DNA of 64,000 nucleotides, taken from contig OZ059895.1 of the NCBI GenBank assembly GCA_964057225.1, positions 12,524,001-12,588,000 on the forward strand, in the 5' to 3' direction. Made by a program: the position numbers and the translations under genes. The notes under the pieces were generated by a model. That model had not been told where the DNA came from, searched no databases, and saw nothing but the letters and a program-made list of their open reading frames with translations. Origin of the DNA: Auanema rhodensis (lineage: Eukaryota > Animalia > Nematoda). This document shows, one piece after another, positions 1 to 14,068 of the stretch. How positions within the stretch are numbered: the stretch's first letter is position 1; the number at the start of each line of letters is the position of its first letter.

Positions 1-678
1 GCTTTTCAAATTTTTTTAACGATCATACCACGTTGAAAGTACGCCATGCAGCTGATTTTCAATTTTATCTCTTCCGTAACAAATGTTTTCAATTTTCCAG
101 CAGTTTTACTTAGATAGCTCAACCGAAGGCAGCGAACTATCTCTAATCTTATTCCTATATTACAGTTATAATTCAGTAGTTTATGAACCTTCATCTTAAC
201 TTTACTGTTTCTATCTATTTCCTATTGAAACAAACATTGTTTAAACACAATACAACTGTGAAACCTTTTTTAATTTATTGTATTTGGATCTCATAAGATT
301 TGATATCATCGAGGGATTTAGATGTAACGTAGAAAATTACATAACTAACATGAAATTGGAAAAAAAACTTTTACTTAGATAGCTCAACCCAAGGCATCAA
401 AATATCTTCAATCTTATTTCTATATTACAGTTATAAACCAGTAGTTTATGAACCTTCATCTTAACTTTACTGTTTCTATCTATTTCCTATTGAAACAAAC
501 ATTGTTTAAACACTATACAACTGTGAAACCTTTTTCAATTTATTGTATTTGGATCTCATAAGATTTGATATCATCGAGGGATTTAGATGTAACGTAGAAA
601 ATTACATAACTAACACGAAATTGGAAAAAAAACAATAACGAGGATAAGTATGTAAATCATTGAATATCAGATTTTTTC

Positions 679-711
679 GCTTACGACCATACCACGTTTA
701 AAGTACGCCAT
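679..711 (+). pseudogene. Truncated 5S (nt 1-33 only), representative; others start at 2278, 4406, 5334, 6262, 7720, 8648, 10106, 11033, 12491, 14479, 15937, 16865, 18323, 19251, 20709, 22167, 23095
   Basis: 5S 5' end GCTTACGACCATACCACG... runs directly into spacer GCAGCTGATTTT; internal control region absent. Confidence 0.93.
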
Positions 712-1219
712 GCAGCTGATTTTCAATTTTATCTCTTCCGTAACAAATGTTTTTAATTTTCCAGCAGTTTTACTTAGATAGCTCAACCCAAGGCATCAAA
801 ATATCTTCAATCTTATTTCTATATTACAGTTATAAACCAGTAGTTTATGAACCTTCATCTTAACTTTAACCTTCATCTTAAGTAACAAATGTTTTTAATT
901 TTCCAGCAGTTTTACTTAGATAGCTCAACCCAAGGCATCAAAATATCTTCAATCTTATTTCTATATTACAGTTATAAACCAGTAGTTTATGAACCTTCAT
1001 CTTAACTTTACTGTTTCTATCTATTTCCTATTGAAACAAACATTGTTTAAACACTATACAACTGTGAAACCTTTTTTAATTTATTGTATTTGGATCTCAT
1101 AAGATTTGATATCATCGAAGGATTCAGATGTAACGTAGAAAATTACATAACTAACATGAAATTGGAAAAAAAACAATAACGAGGATAAGTATGTAAATCA
1201 TTGAATATCAGATATTTTT

Positions 1220-1338
1220 GATTACGACCATACCACGTTGAAAGTACGCCATCCCGTCCGATCTGGCAAGTCAAGCAACGTTGGGCCCGGTTAGTACTTG
1301 GATCGGAGACCGCTTGGGAATCCCGGGTGCCGTAAGCT
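1220..1338 (+). rRNA. 5S rRNA variant (C2A, G92C), possibly non-functional
   Basis: 119-nt nematode-type 5S followed by T-run. Confidence 0.9.
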
Positions 1339-1748
1339 TTTCAAATTTTTTTAACGATCATACCACGTTGAAAGTACGCAATGCAGCTGATTTTCAATTT
1401 TATCTCTTCAGTAACAAATGTTTTTAATTTTCCAGCAGTTTTACTTAGATAGCTCAACCCAAGGCATCAAAATATCTTCAATCTTATTTCTATATTACAG
1501 TTATAAATCAGTAGTTTATGAACCTTCATCTTAACTTTACTGTTTCTATCTATTTCCTATTGAAACAAACATTGTTTAAACACTATACAACTGTGAAACC
1601 TTTTTTAATTTATTGTATTTGGATCTCATAAGATTTGATATCATCGAGGGATTTAGATGTAACGTAGAAAATTACATAACTAACATGAAAATGGAAAAAA
1701 AACAATAACGAGGATAAGTATGTAAATCATTGAATATCAGGTATTTTC

Positions 1749-1867
1749 GCTTACGACCATACCACGTTGAAAGTACGCCATCCCGTCCGATCTGGCAAGT
1801 CAAGCAACGTTGGGCCCGGTTAGTACTTGGATCGGAGACGGCTTGGGAATCCCGGGTGCCGTAAGGT
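1749..1867 (+). rRNA. 5S rRNA variant (C118G)
   Basis: 119-nt 5S. Confidence 0.92.
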
Positions 1868-2818
1868 TTTCAAATTTTTTTAACGATCATACCACGTTGA
1901 AAGTACGCCATGCAGCTGATTTTCAATTTTATCTCTTCAGTAACAAATGTTTTTAATTTTCCAGCAGTTTTACTTAGATAGCTCAACCCAAGGCATCAAA
2001 ATATCTTCAATCTTATTTCTATAATACAGTTATAAACCAGTAGTTTATGAACCTTCATCTTAACTTTACTATTTCTATCTATTTCCTATTGAAACAAACA
2101 TTGTTTAAACACTATACAACTGTGAAACCTTTTTTAATTTATTGTATTTGGAGCTCATAAGATTTGATATCATCGAGGAATTCAGATGTAACGTAGAAAA
2201 TTACATAACTAACACGAAATTGGAAAAAAAACAATAACGAGGATAAGTATGTAAATCATTGAATATCAGATTTTTTCGCTTACGACCATACCACGTTTAA
2301 AGTACGCCATGCAGCTGATTTTCAATTTTATCTCTTCCGTAACAAATGTTTTTAATTTTCCAGCAGTTTTACTTAGATAGCTCAACCCAAGGCATCAAAA
2401 TATCTTCAATCTTATTTCTATATTACAGTTATAAACCAGTAGTTTATGAACCTTCATCTTAACTTTAACCTTCATCTTAAGTAACAAATGTTTTTAATTT
2501 TCCAGCAGTTTTACTTAGATAGCTCAACCCAAGGCATCAAAATATCTTCAATCTTATTTCTATATTACAGTTATAAACCAGTAGTTTATGAACCTTCATC
2601 TTAACTTTACTGTTTCTATCTATTTCCTATTGAAACAAACATTGTTTAAACACTATACAACTGTGAAACCTTTTTTAATTTATTGTATTTGGATCTCATA
2701 AGATTTGATATCATCGAAGGATTCAGATGTAACGTAGAAAATTACATAACTAACATGAAATTGGAAAAAAAACAATAACGAGGATAAGTATGTAAATCAT
2801 TGAATATCAGATATTTTT

Positions 2819-2937
2819 GATTACGACCATACCACGTTGAAAGTACGCCATCCCGTCCGATCTGGCAAGTCAAGCAACGTTGGGCCCGGTTAGTACTTGG
2901 ATCGGAGACCGCTTGGGAATCCCGGGTGCCGTAAGCT
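2819..2937 (+). rRNA. 5S rRNA variant (C2A, G92C)
   Basis: Copy of 1220 gene, 1599 bp downstream. Confidence 0.9.
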
Positions 2938-3347
2938 TTTCAAATTTTTTTAACGATCATACCACGTTGAAAGTACGCAATGCAGCTGATTTTCAATTTT
3001 ATCTCTTCAGTAACAAATGTTTTTAATTTTCCAGCAGTTTTACTTAGATAGCTCAACCCAAGGCATCAAAATATCTTCAATCTTATTTCTATATTACAGT
3101 TATAAATCAGTAGTTTATGAACCTTCATCTTAACTTTACTGTTTCTATCTATTTCCTATTGAAACAAACATTGTTTAAACACTATACAACTGTGAAACCT
3201 TTTTTAATTTATTGTATTTGGATCTCATAAGATTTGATATCATCGAGGGATTTAGATGTAACGTAGAAAATTACATAACTAACATGAAAATGGAAAAAAA
3301 ACAATAACGAGGATAAGTATGTAAATCATTGAATATCAGGTATTTTC

Positions 3348-3466
3348 GCTTACGACCATACCACGTTGAAAGTACGCCATCCCGTCCGATCTGGCAAGTC
3401 AAGCAACGTTGGGCCCGGTTAGTACTTGGATCGGAGACGGCTTGGGAATCCCGGGTGCCGTAAGGT
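3348..3466 (+). rRNA. 5S rRNA variant (C118G)
   Basis: 119-nt 5S. Confidence 0.92.
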
Positions 3467-3876
3467 TTTCAAATTTTTTTAACGATCATACCACGTTGAA
3501 AGTACGCCATGCAGCTGATTTTCAATTTTATCTCTTCAGTAACAAATGTTTTTAATTTTCCAGCAGTTTTACTTAGATAGCTCAACCCAAGGCATCAAAA
3601 TATCTTCAATCTTATTTCTATAATACAGTTATAAACCAGTAGTTTATGAACCTTCATCTTAACTTTACTATTTCTATCTATTTCCTATTGAAACAAACAT
3701 TGTTTTAACACTATACAACTGTGAAACCTTTTTTAATTTATTGTATTTGGAGCTCATAAGATTTGATATCATCGAGGAATTCAGATGTAACGTAGAAAAT
3801 TACATAACTAACATGAAATTGGAAAAAAAACAATAACGAGGATAAGTATGTAAATCATTGAATATCAGGTATTTTC

Positions 3877-3995
3877 GCTTACGACCATACCACGTTGAAA
3901 GTACGCCATCCCGTCCGATCTGGCAAGTCAAGCAACGTTGGGCCCGGTTAGTACTTAGATCGGAGACGGCTTGGGAATCCCGGGTGCCGTAAGCT
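3877..3995 (+). rRNA. 5S rRNA (A81 variant)
   Basis: 119-nt 5S plus TTTT terminator. Confidence 0.95.
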
Positions 3996-4804
3996 TTTCA
4001 AATTTTTTTAACGATCATACCACGTTGAAAGTACGCCATGCAGCTGATTTTCAATTTTATCTCTTCAGTAACAAGTGTTTTTAATTTTCCAGCAGTTTTA
4101 CTTAGATAGCTCAACCCAAGGCATCAAAATATCTTCAATCTTATTTCTATATTACAGTTATAAATCAGTAGTTTATGAGCCTTCATCTTTACTTTACTGT
4201 TTCTATCTATTTCTTATTGAAACAAACATTGTTTTAACACTATACAACTGTGAAACCTTTTTTAATTTATTGTATTTGGAGCTCATAAGATTTGATATCA
4301 TCGAGGAATTTAGATGTAACGTAGAAAATTACATAACTAACATGAAATTGGAAAAAAAACAATAACGAGGATAAGTATGTAAATAATTGAATATCAGATT
4401 TTTTCGCTTACGACCATACCACGTTGAAAGTACGCAATGCAGCTGATTTTCAATTTTATCTCTTCCGTAACAAATGTTTTTAATTTTCCAGCAGTTTTAC
4501 TTAGATAGCTCAACCCAAGGCATCAAAATATCTTCAATCTTATTTCTATATTACAGTTATAAACCAGTAGTTTATGAACCTTCATCTTAACTTTACTGTT
4601 TCTATCTATTTCCTATTGAAACAAACATTGTTTAAACACTATACAACTGTGAAACCTTTTTTAATTTATTGTATTTGGATCTCATAAGATTTGATATCAT
4701 CGAGGAATTCAGATGTAACGTAGAAAATTACATAACTAACATGAAATTGGAAAAAAAACAATAACGAGGATAAGTATGTAAATCATTGAATATCAGGTAT
4801 TTTC

Positions 4805-4923
4805 GCTTACGACCATACCACGTTAAAAGTACGCCATCCCGTCCGATCTGGCAAGTCAAGCAACGTTGGGCCCGGTTAGTACTTAGATCGGAGACGGCTT
4901 GGGAATCCCGGGTGCCGTAAGCT
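4805..4923 (+). rRNA. 5S rRNA (A21, A81 variant)
   Basis: 119-nt 5S plus terminator. Confidence 0.95.
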
Positions 4924-5732
4924 TTTCAAATTTTTTTAACGATCATACCACGTTGAAAGTACGCCATGCAGCTGATTTTCAATTTTATCTCTTCAGTAAC
5001 AAGTGTTTTTAATTTTCCAGCAGTTTTACTTAGATAGCTCAACCCAAGGCATCAAAATATCTTCAATCTTATTTCTATATTACAGTTATAAATCAGTAGT
5101 TTATGAGCCTTCATCTTTACTTTACTGTTTCTATCTATTTCTTATTGAAACAAACATTGTTTTAACACTATACAACTGTGAAACCTTTTTTAATTTATTG
5201 TATTTGGAGCTCATAAGATTTGATATCATCGAGGAATTTAGATGTAACGTAGAAAATTACATAACTAACATGAAATTGGAAAAAAAACAATAACGAGGAT
5301 AAGTATGTAAATAATTGAATATCAGATTTTTTCGCTTACGACCATACCACGTTGAAAGTACGCAATGCAGCTGATTTTCAATTTTATCTCTTCCGTAACA
5401 AATGTTTTTAATTTTCCAGCAGTTTTACTTAGATAGCTCAACCCAAGGCATCAAAATATCTTCAATCTTATTTCTATAATACAGTTATAAACCAGTAGTT
5501 TATGAACCTTCATCTTAACTTTACTATTTCTATCTATTTCCTATTGAAACAAACATTGTTTTAACACTATACAACTGTGAAACCTTTTTTAATTTATTGT
5601 ATTTGGAGCTCATAAGATTTGATATCATCGAGGAATTCAGATGTAACGTAGAAAATTACATAACTAACATGAAATTGGAAAAAAAACAATAACGAGGATA
5701 AGTATGTAAATCATTGAATATCAGGTATTTTC

Positions 5733-5851
5733 GCTTACGACCATACCACGTTGAAAGTACGCCATCCCGTCCGATCTGGCAAGTCAAGCAACGTTGGGCC
5801 CGGTTAGTACTTAGATCGGAGACGGCTTGGGAATCCCGGGTGCCGTAAGCT
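5733..5851 (+). rRNA. 5S rRNA (A81 variant)
   Basis: 119-nt 5S plus terminator. Confidence 0.95.
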
Positions 5852-6660
5852 TTTCAAATTTTTTTAACGATCATACCACGTTGAAAGTACGCCATGCAGC
5901 TGATTTTCAATTTTATCTCTTCAGTAACAAGTGTTTTTAATTTTCCAGCAGTTTTACTTAGATAGCTCAACCCAAGGCATCAAAATATCTTCAATCTTAT
6001 TTCTATATTACAGTTATAAATCAGTAGTTTATGAGCCTTCATCTTTACTTTACTGTTTCTATCTATTTCTTATTGAAACAAACATTGTTTTAACACTATA
6101 CAACTGTGAAACCTTTTTTAATTTATTGTATTTGGAGCTCATAAGATTTGATATCATCGAGGAATTTAGATGTAACGTAGAAAATTACATAACTAACATG
6201 AAATTGGAAAAAAAACAATAACGAGGATAAGTATGTAAATAATTGAATATCAGATTTTTTCGCTTACGACCATACCACGTTGAAAGTACGCAATGCAGCT
6301 GATTTTCAATTTTATCTCTTCCGTAACAAATGTTTTTAATTTTCCAGCAGTTTTACTTAGATAGCTCAACCCAAGGCATCAAAATATCTTCAATCTTATT
6401 TCTATATTACAGTTATAAACCAGTAGTTTATGAACCTTCATCTTAACTTTACTGTTTCTATCTATTTCCTATTGAAACAAACATTGTTTAAACACTATAC
6501 AACTGTGAAACCTTTTTTAATTTATTGTATTTGGATCTCATAAGATTTGATATCATCGAGGAATTCAGATGTAACGTAGAAAATTACATAACTAACATGA
6601 AATTGGAAAAAAAACAATAACGAGGATAAGTATGTAAATCATTGAATATCAGGTATTTTC

Positions 6661-6779
6661 GCTTACGACCATACCACGTTAAAAGTACGCCATCCCGTCC
6701 GATCTGGCAAGTCAAGCAACGTTGGGCCCGGTTAGTACTTAGATCGGAGACGGCTTGGGAATCCCGGGTGCCGTAAGCT
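6661..6779 (+). rRNA. 5S rRNA (A21, A81 variant)
   Basis: 119-nt 5S plus terminator. Confidence 0.95.
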
Positions 6780-7190
6780 TTTCAAATTTTTTTAACGATC
6801 ATACCACGTTGAAAGTACGCCATGCAGCTGATTTTCAATTTTATCTCTTCAGTAACAAATGTTTTTAATTTTCCAGCAGTTTTACTTAGATAGCTCAACC
6901 CAAGGCATCAAAATATCTTCAATCTTATTTCTATAATACAGTTATAAACCAGTAGTTTATGAACCTTCATCTTAACTTTACTGTTTCTATCTATTTCCTA
7001 TTGAAACAAACATTGTTTTAACACTATACAACTGTGAAACCTTTTTTAATTTATTGTATTTGGAGCTCATAAGATTTGATATCATCGAGGAATTCAGATG
7101 TAACGTAGAAAATTACATAACTAACATGAAATTGGAAAAAAAAACAATAACGACGATAAGTATGTAAATCATTGAATATCAGATATTTTT

Positions 7191-7309
7191 GCTTACGACC
7201 ATACCACGTTGAAAGTACGCCATCCCGTCCGATCTGGCAAGTCAAGCAACGTTGGGCCCGGTTAGTACTTGGATCGGAGACGGCTTGGGAATCCCGGGTG
7301 CCGTAAGCT
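7191..7309 (+). rRNA. 5S rRNA (G81 reference type)
   Basis: GCTTACGACCATACCACGTTGAAAGTACGCCATCCCGTCCGATCTGGCAAGTCAAGC...AGTACTTGGATCGGAGACGGCTTGGGAATCCCGGGTGCCGTAAGCT, closely resembling nematode 5S. Confidence 0.97.
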
Positions 7310-8118
7310 TTTCAAATTTTTTTAACGATCATACCACGTTGAAAGTACGCCATGCAGCTGATTTTCAATTTTATCTCTTCAGTAACAAATGTTTTTAATT
7401 TTCCAGCAGTTTTACTCAGATAGCTCAACCCAAGGCATCAAAATATCTTCAATCTTATTTCTATAATACAGTTATAAACCAGTAGTTTATGAACCTTCAT
7501 CTTAACTTTACTGTTTCTATCTATTTCCTATTGAAACAAACATTGTTTTAACACTATACAACTGTGAAACCTTTTTTAATTTATTGTATTTGGAGCTCAT
7601 AAGATTTGATATCATCGAGGAATTTAGATGTAACGTAGAAAATTACATAACTAACATGAAATTGGGAAAAAAACAATAACGAGGATAAGTATGTAAATAA
7701 TTGAATATCAGATTTTTTCGCTTACGACCATACCACGTTGAAAGTACGCAATGCAGCTGATTTTCAATTTTATCTCTTCCGTAACAAATGTTTTTAATTT
7801 TCCAGCAGTTTTACTTAGATAGCTCAACCCAAGGCATCAAAATATCTTTAATCTTATTTCTATATTACAGTTATAAACCAGTAGTTTATGAACCTTCATC
7901 TTAACTTTACTGTTTCTATCTATTTCCTATTGAAACAAACATTGTTTAAACACTATACAACTGTGAAACCTTTTTTAATTTATTGTATTTGGAGCTCATA
8001 AGATTTGATATCATCGAGGAATTCAGATGTAACGTAGAAAATTACATAACTAACATGAAATTGGAAAAAAAACAATAACGAGGATAAGTATGTAAATCAT
8101 TGAATATCAGGTATTTTC

Positions 8119-8237
8119 GCTTACGACCATACCACGTTGAAAGTACGCCATCCCGTCCGATCTGGCAAGTCAAGCAACGTTGGGCCAGGTTAGTACTTAG
8201 ATCGGAGACGGCTTGGGAATCCCGGGTGCCGTAAGCT
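8119..8237 (+). rRNA. 5S rRNA (A69, A81 variant)
   Basis: 119-nt 5S plus terminator. Confidence 0.95.
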
Positions 8238-9046
8238 TTTCAAATTTTTTTAACGATCATACCACGTTGAAAGTACGCCATGCAGCTGATTTTCAATTTT
8301 ATCTCTTCAGTAACAAGTGTTTTTAATTTTCCAGCAGTTTTACTTAGATAGCTCAACCCAAGGCATCAAAATATCTTCAATCTTATTTCTATATTACAGT
8401 TATAAATCAGTAGTTTATGAGCCTTCATCTTTACTTTACTGTTTCTATCTATTTCTTATTGAAACAAACATTGTTTTAACACTATACAACTGTGAAACCT
8501 TTTTTAATTTATTGTATTTGGAGCTCATAAGATTTGATATCATCGAGGAATTTAGATGTAACGTAGAAAATTACATAACTAACATGAAATTGGAAAAAAA
8601 ACAATAACGAGGATAAGTATGTAAATAATTGAATATCAGATTTTTTCGCTTACGACCATACCACGTTGAAAGTACGCAATGCAGCTGATTTTCAATTTTA
8701 TCTCTTCCGTAACAAATGTTTTTAATTTTCCAGCAGTTTTACTTAGATAGCTCAACCCAAGGCATCAAAATATCTTCAATCTTATTTCTATATTACAGTT
8801 ATAAACCAGTAGTTTATGAACCTTCATCTTAACTTTACTGTTTCTATCTATTTCCTATTGAAACAAACATTGTTTAAACACTATACAACTGTGAAACCTT
8901 TTTTAATTTATTGTATTTGGATCTCATAAGATTTGATATCATCGAGGAATTCAGATGTAACGTAGAAAATTACATAACTAACATGAAATTGGAAAAAAAA
9001 CAATAACGAGGATAAGTATGTAAATCATTGAATATCAGGTATTTTC

Positions 9047-9165
9047 GCTTACGACCATACCACGTTAAAAGTACGCCATCCCGTCCGATCTGGCAAGTCA
9101 AGCAACGTTGGGCCCGGTTAGTACTTAGATCGGAGACGGCTTGGGAATCCCGGGTGCCGTAAGCT
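9047..9165 (+). rRNA. 5S rRNA (A21, A81 variant)
   Basis: 119-nt 5S plus terminator. Confidence 0.95.
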
Positions 9166-9576
9166 TTTCAAATTTTTTTAACGATCATACCACGTTGAAA
9201 GTACGCCATGCAGCTGATTTTCAATTTTATCTCTTCAGTAACAAATGTTTTTAATTTTCCAGCAGTTTTACTTAGATAGCTCAACCCAAGGCATCAAAAT
9301 ATCTTCAATCTTATTTCTATAATACAGTTATAAACCAGTAGTTTATGAACCTTCATCTTAACTTTACTGTTTCTATCTATTTCCTATTGAAACAAACATT
9401 GTTTTAACACTATACAACTGTGAAACCTTTTTTAATTTATTGTATTTGGAGCTCATAAGATTTGATATCATCGAGGAATTCAGATGTAACGTAGAAAATT
9501 ACATAACTAACATGAAATTGGAAAAAAAAACAATAACGACGATAAGTATGTAAATCATTGAATATCAGATATTTTT

Positions 9577-9695
9577 GCTTACGACCATACCACGTTGAAA
9601 GTACGCCATCCCGTCCGATCTGGCAAGTCAAGCAACGTTGGGCCCGGTTAGTACTTGGATCGGAGACGGCTTGGGAATCCCGGGTGCCGTAAGCT
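9577..9695 (+). rRNA. 5S rRNA (G81 type)
   Basis: 119-nt 5S plus terminator. Confidence 0.97.
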
Positions 9696-10504
9696 TTTCA
9701 AATTTTTTTAACGATCATACCACGTTGAAAGTACGCCATGCAGCTGATTTTCAATTTTATCTCTTCAGTAACAAATGTTTTTAATTTTCCAGCAGTTTTA
9801 CTCAGATAGCTCAACCCAAGGCATCAAAATATCTTCAATCTTATTTCTATAATACAGTTATAAACCAGTAGTTTATGAACCTTCATCTTAACTTTACTGT
9901 TTCTATCTATTTCCTATTGAAACAAACATTGTTTTAACACTATACAACTGTGAAACCTTTTTTAATTTATTGTATTTGGAGCTCATAAGATTTGATATCA
10001 TCGAGGAATTTAGATGTAACGTAGAAAATTACATAACTAACATGAAATTGGAAAAAAAACAATAACGAGGATAAGTATGTAAATAATTGAATATCAGATT
10101 TTTTCGCTTACGACCATACCACGTTGAAAGTACGCAATGCAGCTGATTTTCAATTTTATCTCTTCCGTAACAAATGTTTTTAATTTTCCAGCAGTTTTAC
10201 TTAGATAGCTCAACCCAAGGCATCAAAATATCTTCAATCTTATTTCTATATTACAGTTATAAACCAGTAGTTTATGAACCTTCATCTTAACTTTACTGTT
10301 TCTATCTATTTCCTATTGAAACAAACATTGTTTAAACACTATACAACTGTGAAACCTTTTTTAATTTATTGTATTTGGAGCTCATAAGATTTGATATCAT
10401 CGAGGAATTCAGATGTAACGTAGAAAATTACATAACTAACATGAAATTGGAAAAAAAACAATAACGAGGATAAGTATGTAAATCATTGAATATCAGGTAT
10501 TTTC

Positions 10505-10622
10505 GCTTACGACCATACCACGTTGAAAGTACGCCATCCCGTCCGATCTGGCAAGTCAAGCAACGTTGGGCCAGGTTAGTACTTAGATCGGAGACGGCTT
10601 GGGAATCCGGGTGCCGTAAGCT
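10505..10622 (+). rRNA. 5S rRNA (A69, A81, 1-nt deletion)
   Basis: 118 nt; GAATCCGGG instead of GAATCCCGGG. Confidence 0.9.
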
Positions 10623-11431
10623 TTTCAAATTTTTTTAACGATCATACCACGTTGAAAGTACGCCATGCAGCTGATTTTCAATTTTATCTCTTCAGTAACA
10701 AGTGTTTTTAATTTTCCAGCAGTTTTACTTAGATAGCTCAACCCAAGGCATCAAAATATCTTCAATCTTATTTCTATATTACAGTTATAAATCAGTAGTT
10801 TATGAGCCTTCATCTTTACTTTACTGTTTCTATCTATTTCTTATTGAAACAAACATTGTTTTAACACTATACAACTGTGAAACCTTTTTTAATTTATTGT
10901 ATTTGGAGCTCATAAGATTTGATATCATCGAGGAATTTAGATGTAACGTAGAAAATTACATAACTAACATGAAATTGGAAAAAAAACAATAACGAGGATA
11001 AGTATGTAAATAATTGAATATCAGATTTTTTCGCTTACGACCATACCACGTTGAAAGTACGCAATGCAGCTGATTTTCAATTTTATCTCTTCAGTAACAA
11101 ATGTTTTTAATTTTCCAGCAGTTTTACTCAGATAGCTCAACCCAAGGCATCAAAATATCTTCAATCTTATTTCTATAATACAGTTATAAACCAGTAGTTT
11201 ATGAACCTTCATCTTAACTTTACTGTTTCTATCTATTTCCTATTGAAACAAACATTGTTTTAACACTATACAACTGTGAAACCTTTTTTAATTTATTGTA
11301 TTTGGATCTCATAAGATTTGATATCATCGAGGAATTCAGATGTAACGTAGAAAATTACATAACTAACATGAAATTGGAAAAAAAACAATAACGAGGATAA
11401 GTATGTAAATCATTGAATATCAGGTATTTTC

Positions 11432-11550
11432 GCTTACGACCATACCACGTTAAAAGTACGCCATCCCGTCCGATCTGGCAAGTCAAGCAACGTTGGGCCC
11501 GGTTAGTACTTAGATCGGAGACGGCTTGGGAATCCCGGGTGCCGTAAGCT
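11432..11550 (+). rRNA. 5S rRNA (A21, A81 variant)
   Basis: 119-nt 5S plus terminator. Confidence 0.95.
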
Positions 11551-11961
11551 TTTCAAATTTTTTTAACGATCATACCACGTTGAAAGTACGCCATGCAGCT
11601 GATTTTCAATTTTATCTCTTCAGTAACAAATGTTTTTAATTTTCCAGCAGTTTTACTTAGATAGCTCAACCCAAGGCATCAAAATATCTTCAATCTTATT
11701 TCTATAATACAGTTATAAACCAGTAGTTTATGAACCTTCATCTTAACTTTACTGTTTCTATCTATTTCCTATTGAAACAAACATTGTTTTAACACTATAC
11801 AACTGTGAAACCTTTTTTAATTTATTGTATTTGGAGCTCATAAGATTTGATATCATCGAGGAATTCAGATGTAACGTAGAAAATTACATAACTAACATGA
11901 AATTGGAAAAAAAAACAATAACGACGATAAGTATGTAAATCATTGAATATCAGATATTTTT

Positions 11962-12080
11962 GCTTACGACCATACCACGTTGAAAGTACGCCATCCCGTC
12001 CGATCTGGCAAGTCAAGCAACGTTGGGCCCGGTTAGTACTTGGATCGGAGACGGCTTGGGAATCCCGGGTGCCGTAAGCT
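11962..12080 (+). rRNA. 5S rRNA (G81 type)
   Basis: 119-nt 5S plus terminator. Confidence 0.97.
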
Positions 12081-12890
12081 TTTCAAATTTTTTTAACGAT
12101 CATACCACGTTGAAAGTACGCCATGCAGCTGATTTTCAATTTTATCTCTTCAGTAACAAATGTTTTTAATTTTCCAGCAGTTTTACTCAGATAGCTCAAC
12201 CCAAGGCATCAAAATATCTTCAATCTTATTTCTATAATACAGTTATAAACCAGTAGTTTATGAACCTTCATCTTAACTTTACTGTTTCTATCTATTTCCT
12301 ATTGAAACAAACATTGTTTTAACACTATACAACTGTGAAACCTTTTTTAATTTATTGTATTTGGAGCTCATAAGATTTGATATCATCGAGGAATTTAGAT
12401 GTAACGTAGAAAATTACATAACTAACATGAAATTGGAAAAAAAACAATAACGAGGATAAGTATGTAAATAATTGAATATCAGATTTTTTCGCTTACGACC
12501 ATACCACGTTGAAAGTACGCAATGCAGCTGATTTTCAATTTTATCTCTTCCGTAACAAATGTTTTTAATTTTCCAGCAGTTTTACTTAGATAGCTCAACC
12601 CAAGGCATCAAAATATCTTCAATCTTATTTCTATAATACAGTTATAAACCAGTAGTTTATGAACCTTCATCTTAACTTTACTGTTTCTATCTATTTCCTA
12701 TTGAAACAAACATTGTTTTAACACTATACAACTGTGAAACCTTTTTTAATTTATTGTATTTGGAGCTCATAAGATTTGATATCATCGAGGAATTCAGATG
12801 TAACGTAGAAAATTACATAACTAACATGAAATTGGAAAAAAAAACAATAACGACGATAAGTATGTAAATCATTGAATATCAGATATTTTT

Positions 12891-13009
12891 GCTTACGACC
12901 ATACCACGTTGAAAGTACGCCATCCCGTCCGATCTGGCAAGTCAAGCAACGTTGGGCCCGGTTAGTACTTGGATCGGAGACGGCTTGGGAATCCCGGGTG
13001 CCGTAAGCT
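12891..13009 (+). rRNA. 5S rRNA (G81 type)
   Basis: 119-nt 5S plus terminator. Confidence 0.97.
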
Positions 13010-13419
13010 TTTCAAATTTTTTTAACGATCATACCACGTTGAAAGTACGCCATGCAGCTGATTTTCAATTTTATCTCTTCAGTAACAAATGTTTTTAATT
13101 TTCCAGCAGTTTTACTCAGATAGCTCAACCCAAGGCATCAAAATATCTTCAATCTTATTTCTATAATACAGTTATAAACCAGTAGTTTATGAACCTTCAT
13201 CTTAACTTTACTGTTTCTATCTATTTCCTATTGAAACAAACATTGTTTTAACACTATACAACTGTGAAACCTTTTTTAATTTATTGTATTTGGAGCTCAT
13301 AAGATTTGATATCATCGAGGAATTCAGATGTAACGTAGAAAATTACATAACTAACATGAAATTGGGAAAAAAACAATAACGAGGATAAGTATGTAAATAA
13401 TTGAATATCAGATTTTTTC

Positions 13420-13538
13420 GCTTACGACCATACCACGTTAAAAGTACGCCATCCCGTCCGATCTGGCAAGTCAAGCAACGTTGGGCCCGGTTAGTACTTA
13501 GATCGGAGACGGCTTGGGAATCCCGGGTGCCGTAAGCT
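13420..13538 (+). rRNA. 5S rRNA (A21, A81), recombinant unit
   Basis: Full gene preceded by the 5' flank otherwise found on truncated units. Confidence 0.95.
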
Positions 13539-13949
13539 TTTCAAATTTTTTTAACGATCATACCACGTTGAAAGTACGCCATGCAGCTGATTTTCAATTT
13601 TATCTCTTCAGTAACAAATGTTTTTAATTTTCCAGCAGTTTTACTTAGATAGCTCAACCCAAGGCATCAAAATATCTTCAATCTTATTTCTATAATACAG
13701 TTATAAACCAGTAGTTTATGAACCTTCATCTTAACTTTACTGTTTCTATCTATTTCCTATTGAAACAAACATTGTTTTAACACTATACAACTGTGAAACC
13801 TTTTTTAATTTATTGTATTTGGAGCTCATAAGATTTGATATCATCGAGGAATTCAGATGTAACGTAGAAAATTACATAACTAACATGAAATTGGAAAAAA
13901 AAACAATAACGACGATAAGTATGTAAATCATTGAATATCAGATATTTTT

Positions 13950-14068
13950 GCTTACGACCATACCACGTTGAAAGTACGCCATCCCGTCCGATCTGGCAAG
14001 TCAAGCAACGTTGGGCCCGGTTAGTACTTGGATCGGAGACGGCTTGGGAATCCCGGGTGCCGTAAGCT
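13950..14068 (+). rRNA. 5S rRNA (G81 type)
   Basis: 119-nt 5S plus terminator. Confidence 0.97.

Noticed and set aside
1340-1748. SL1 spliced-leader gene in the 5S spacer
   Set aside because: GGTTTAATTACCCAAGTTTGAG is not present on either strand; only scattered partial words such as TTTAATT and ACCCAAG. A covariance-model search would be needed to exclude a divergent SL RNA
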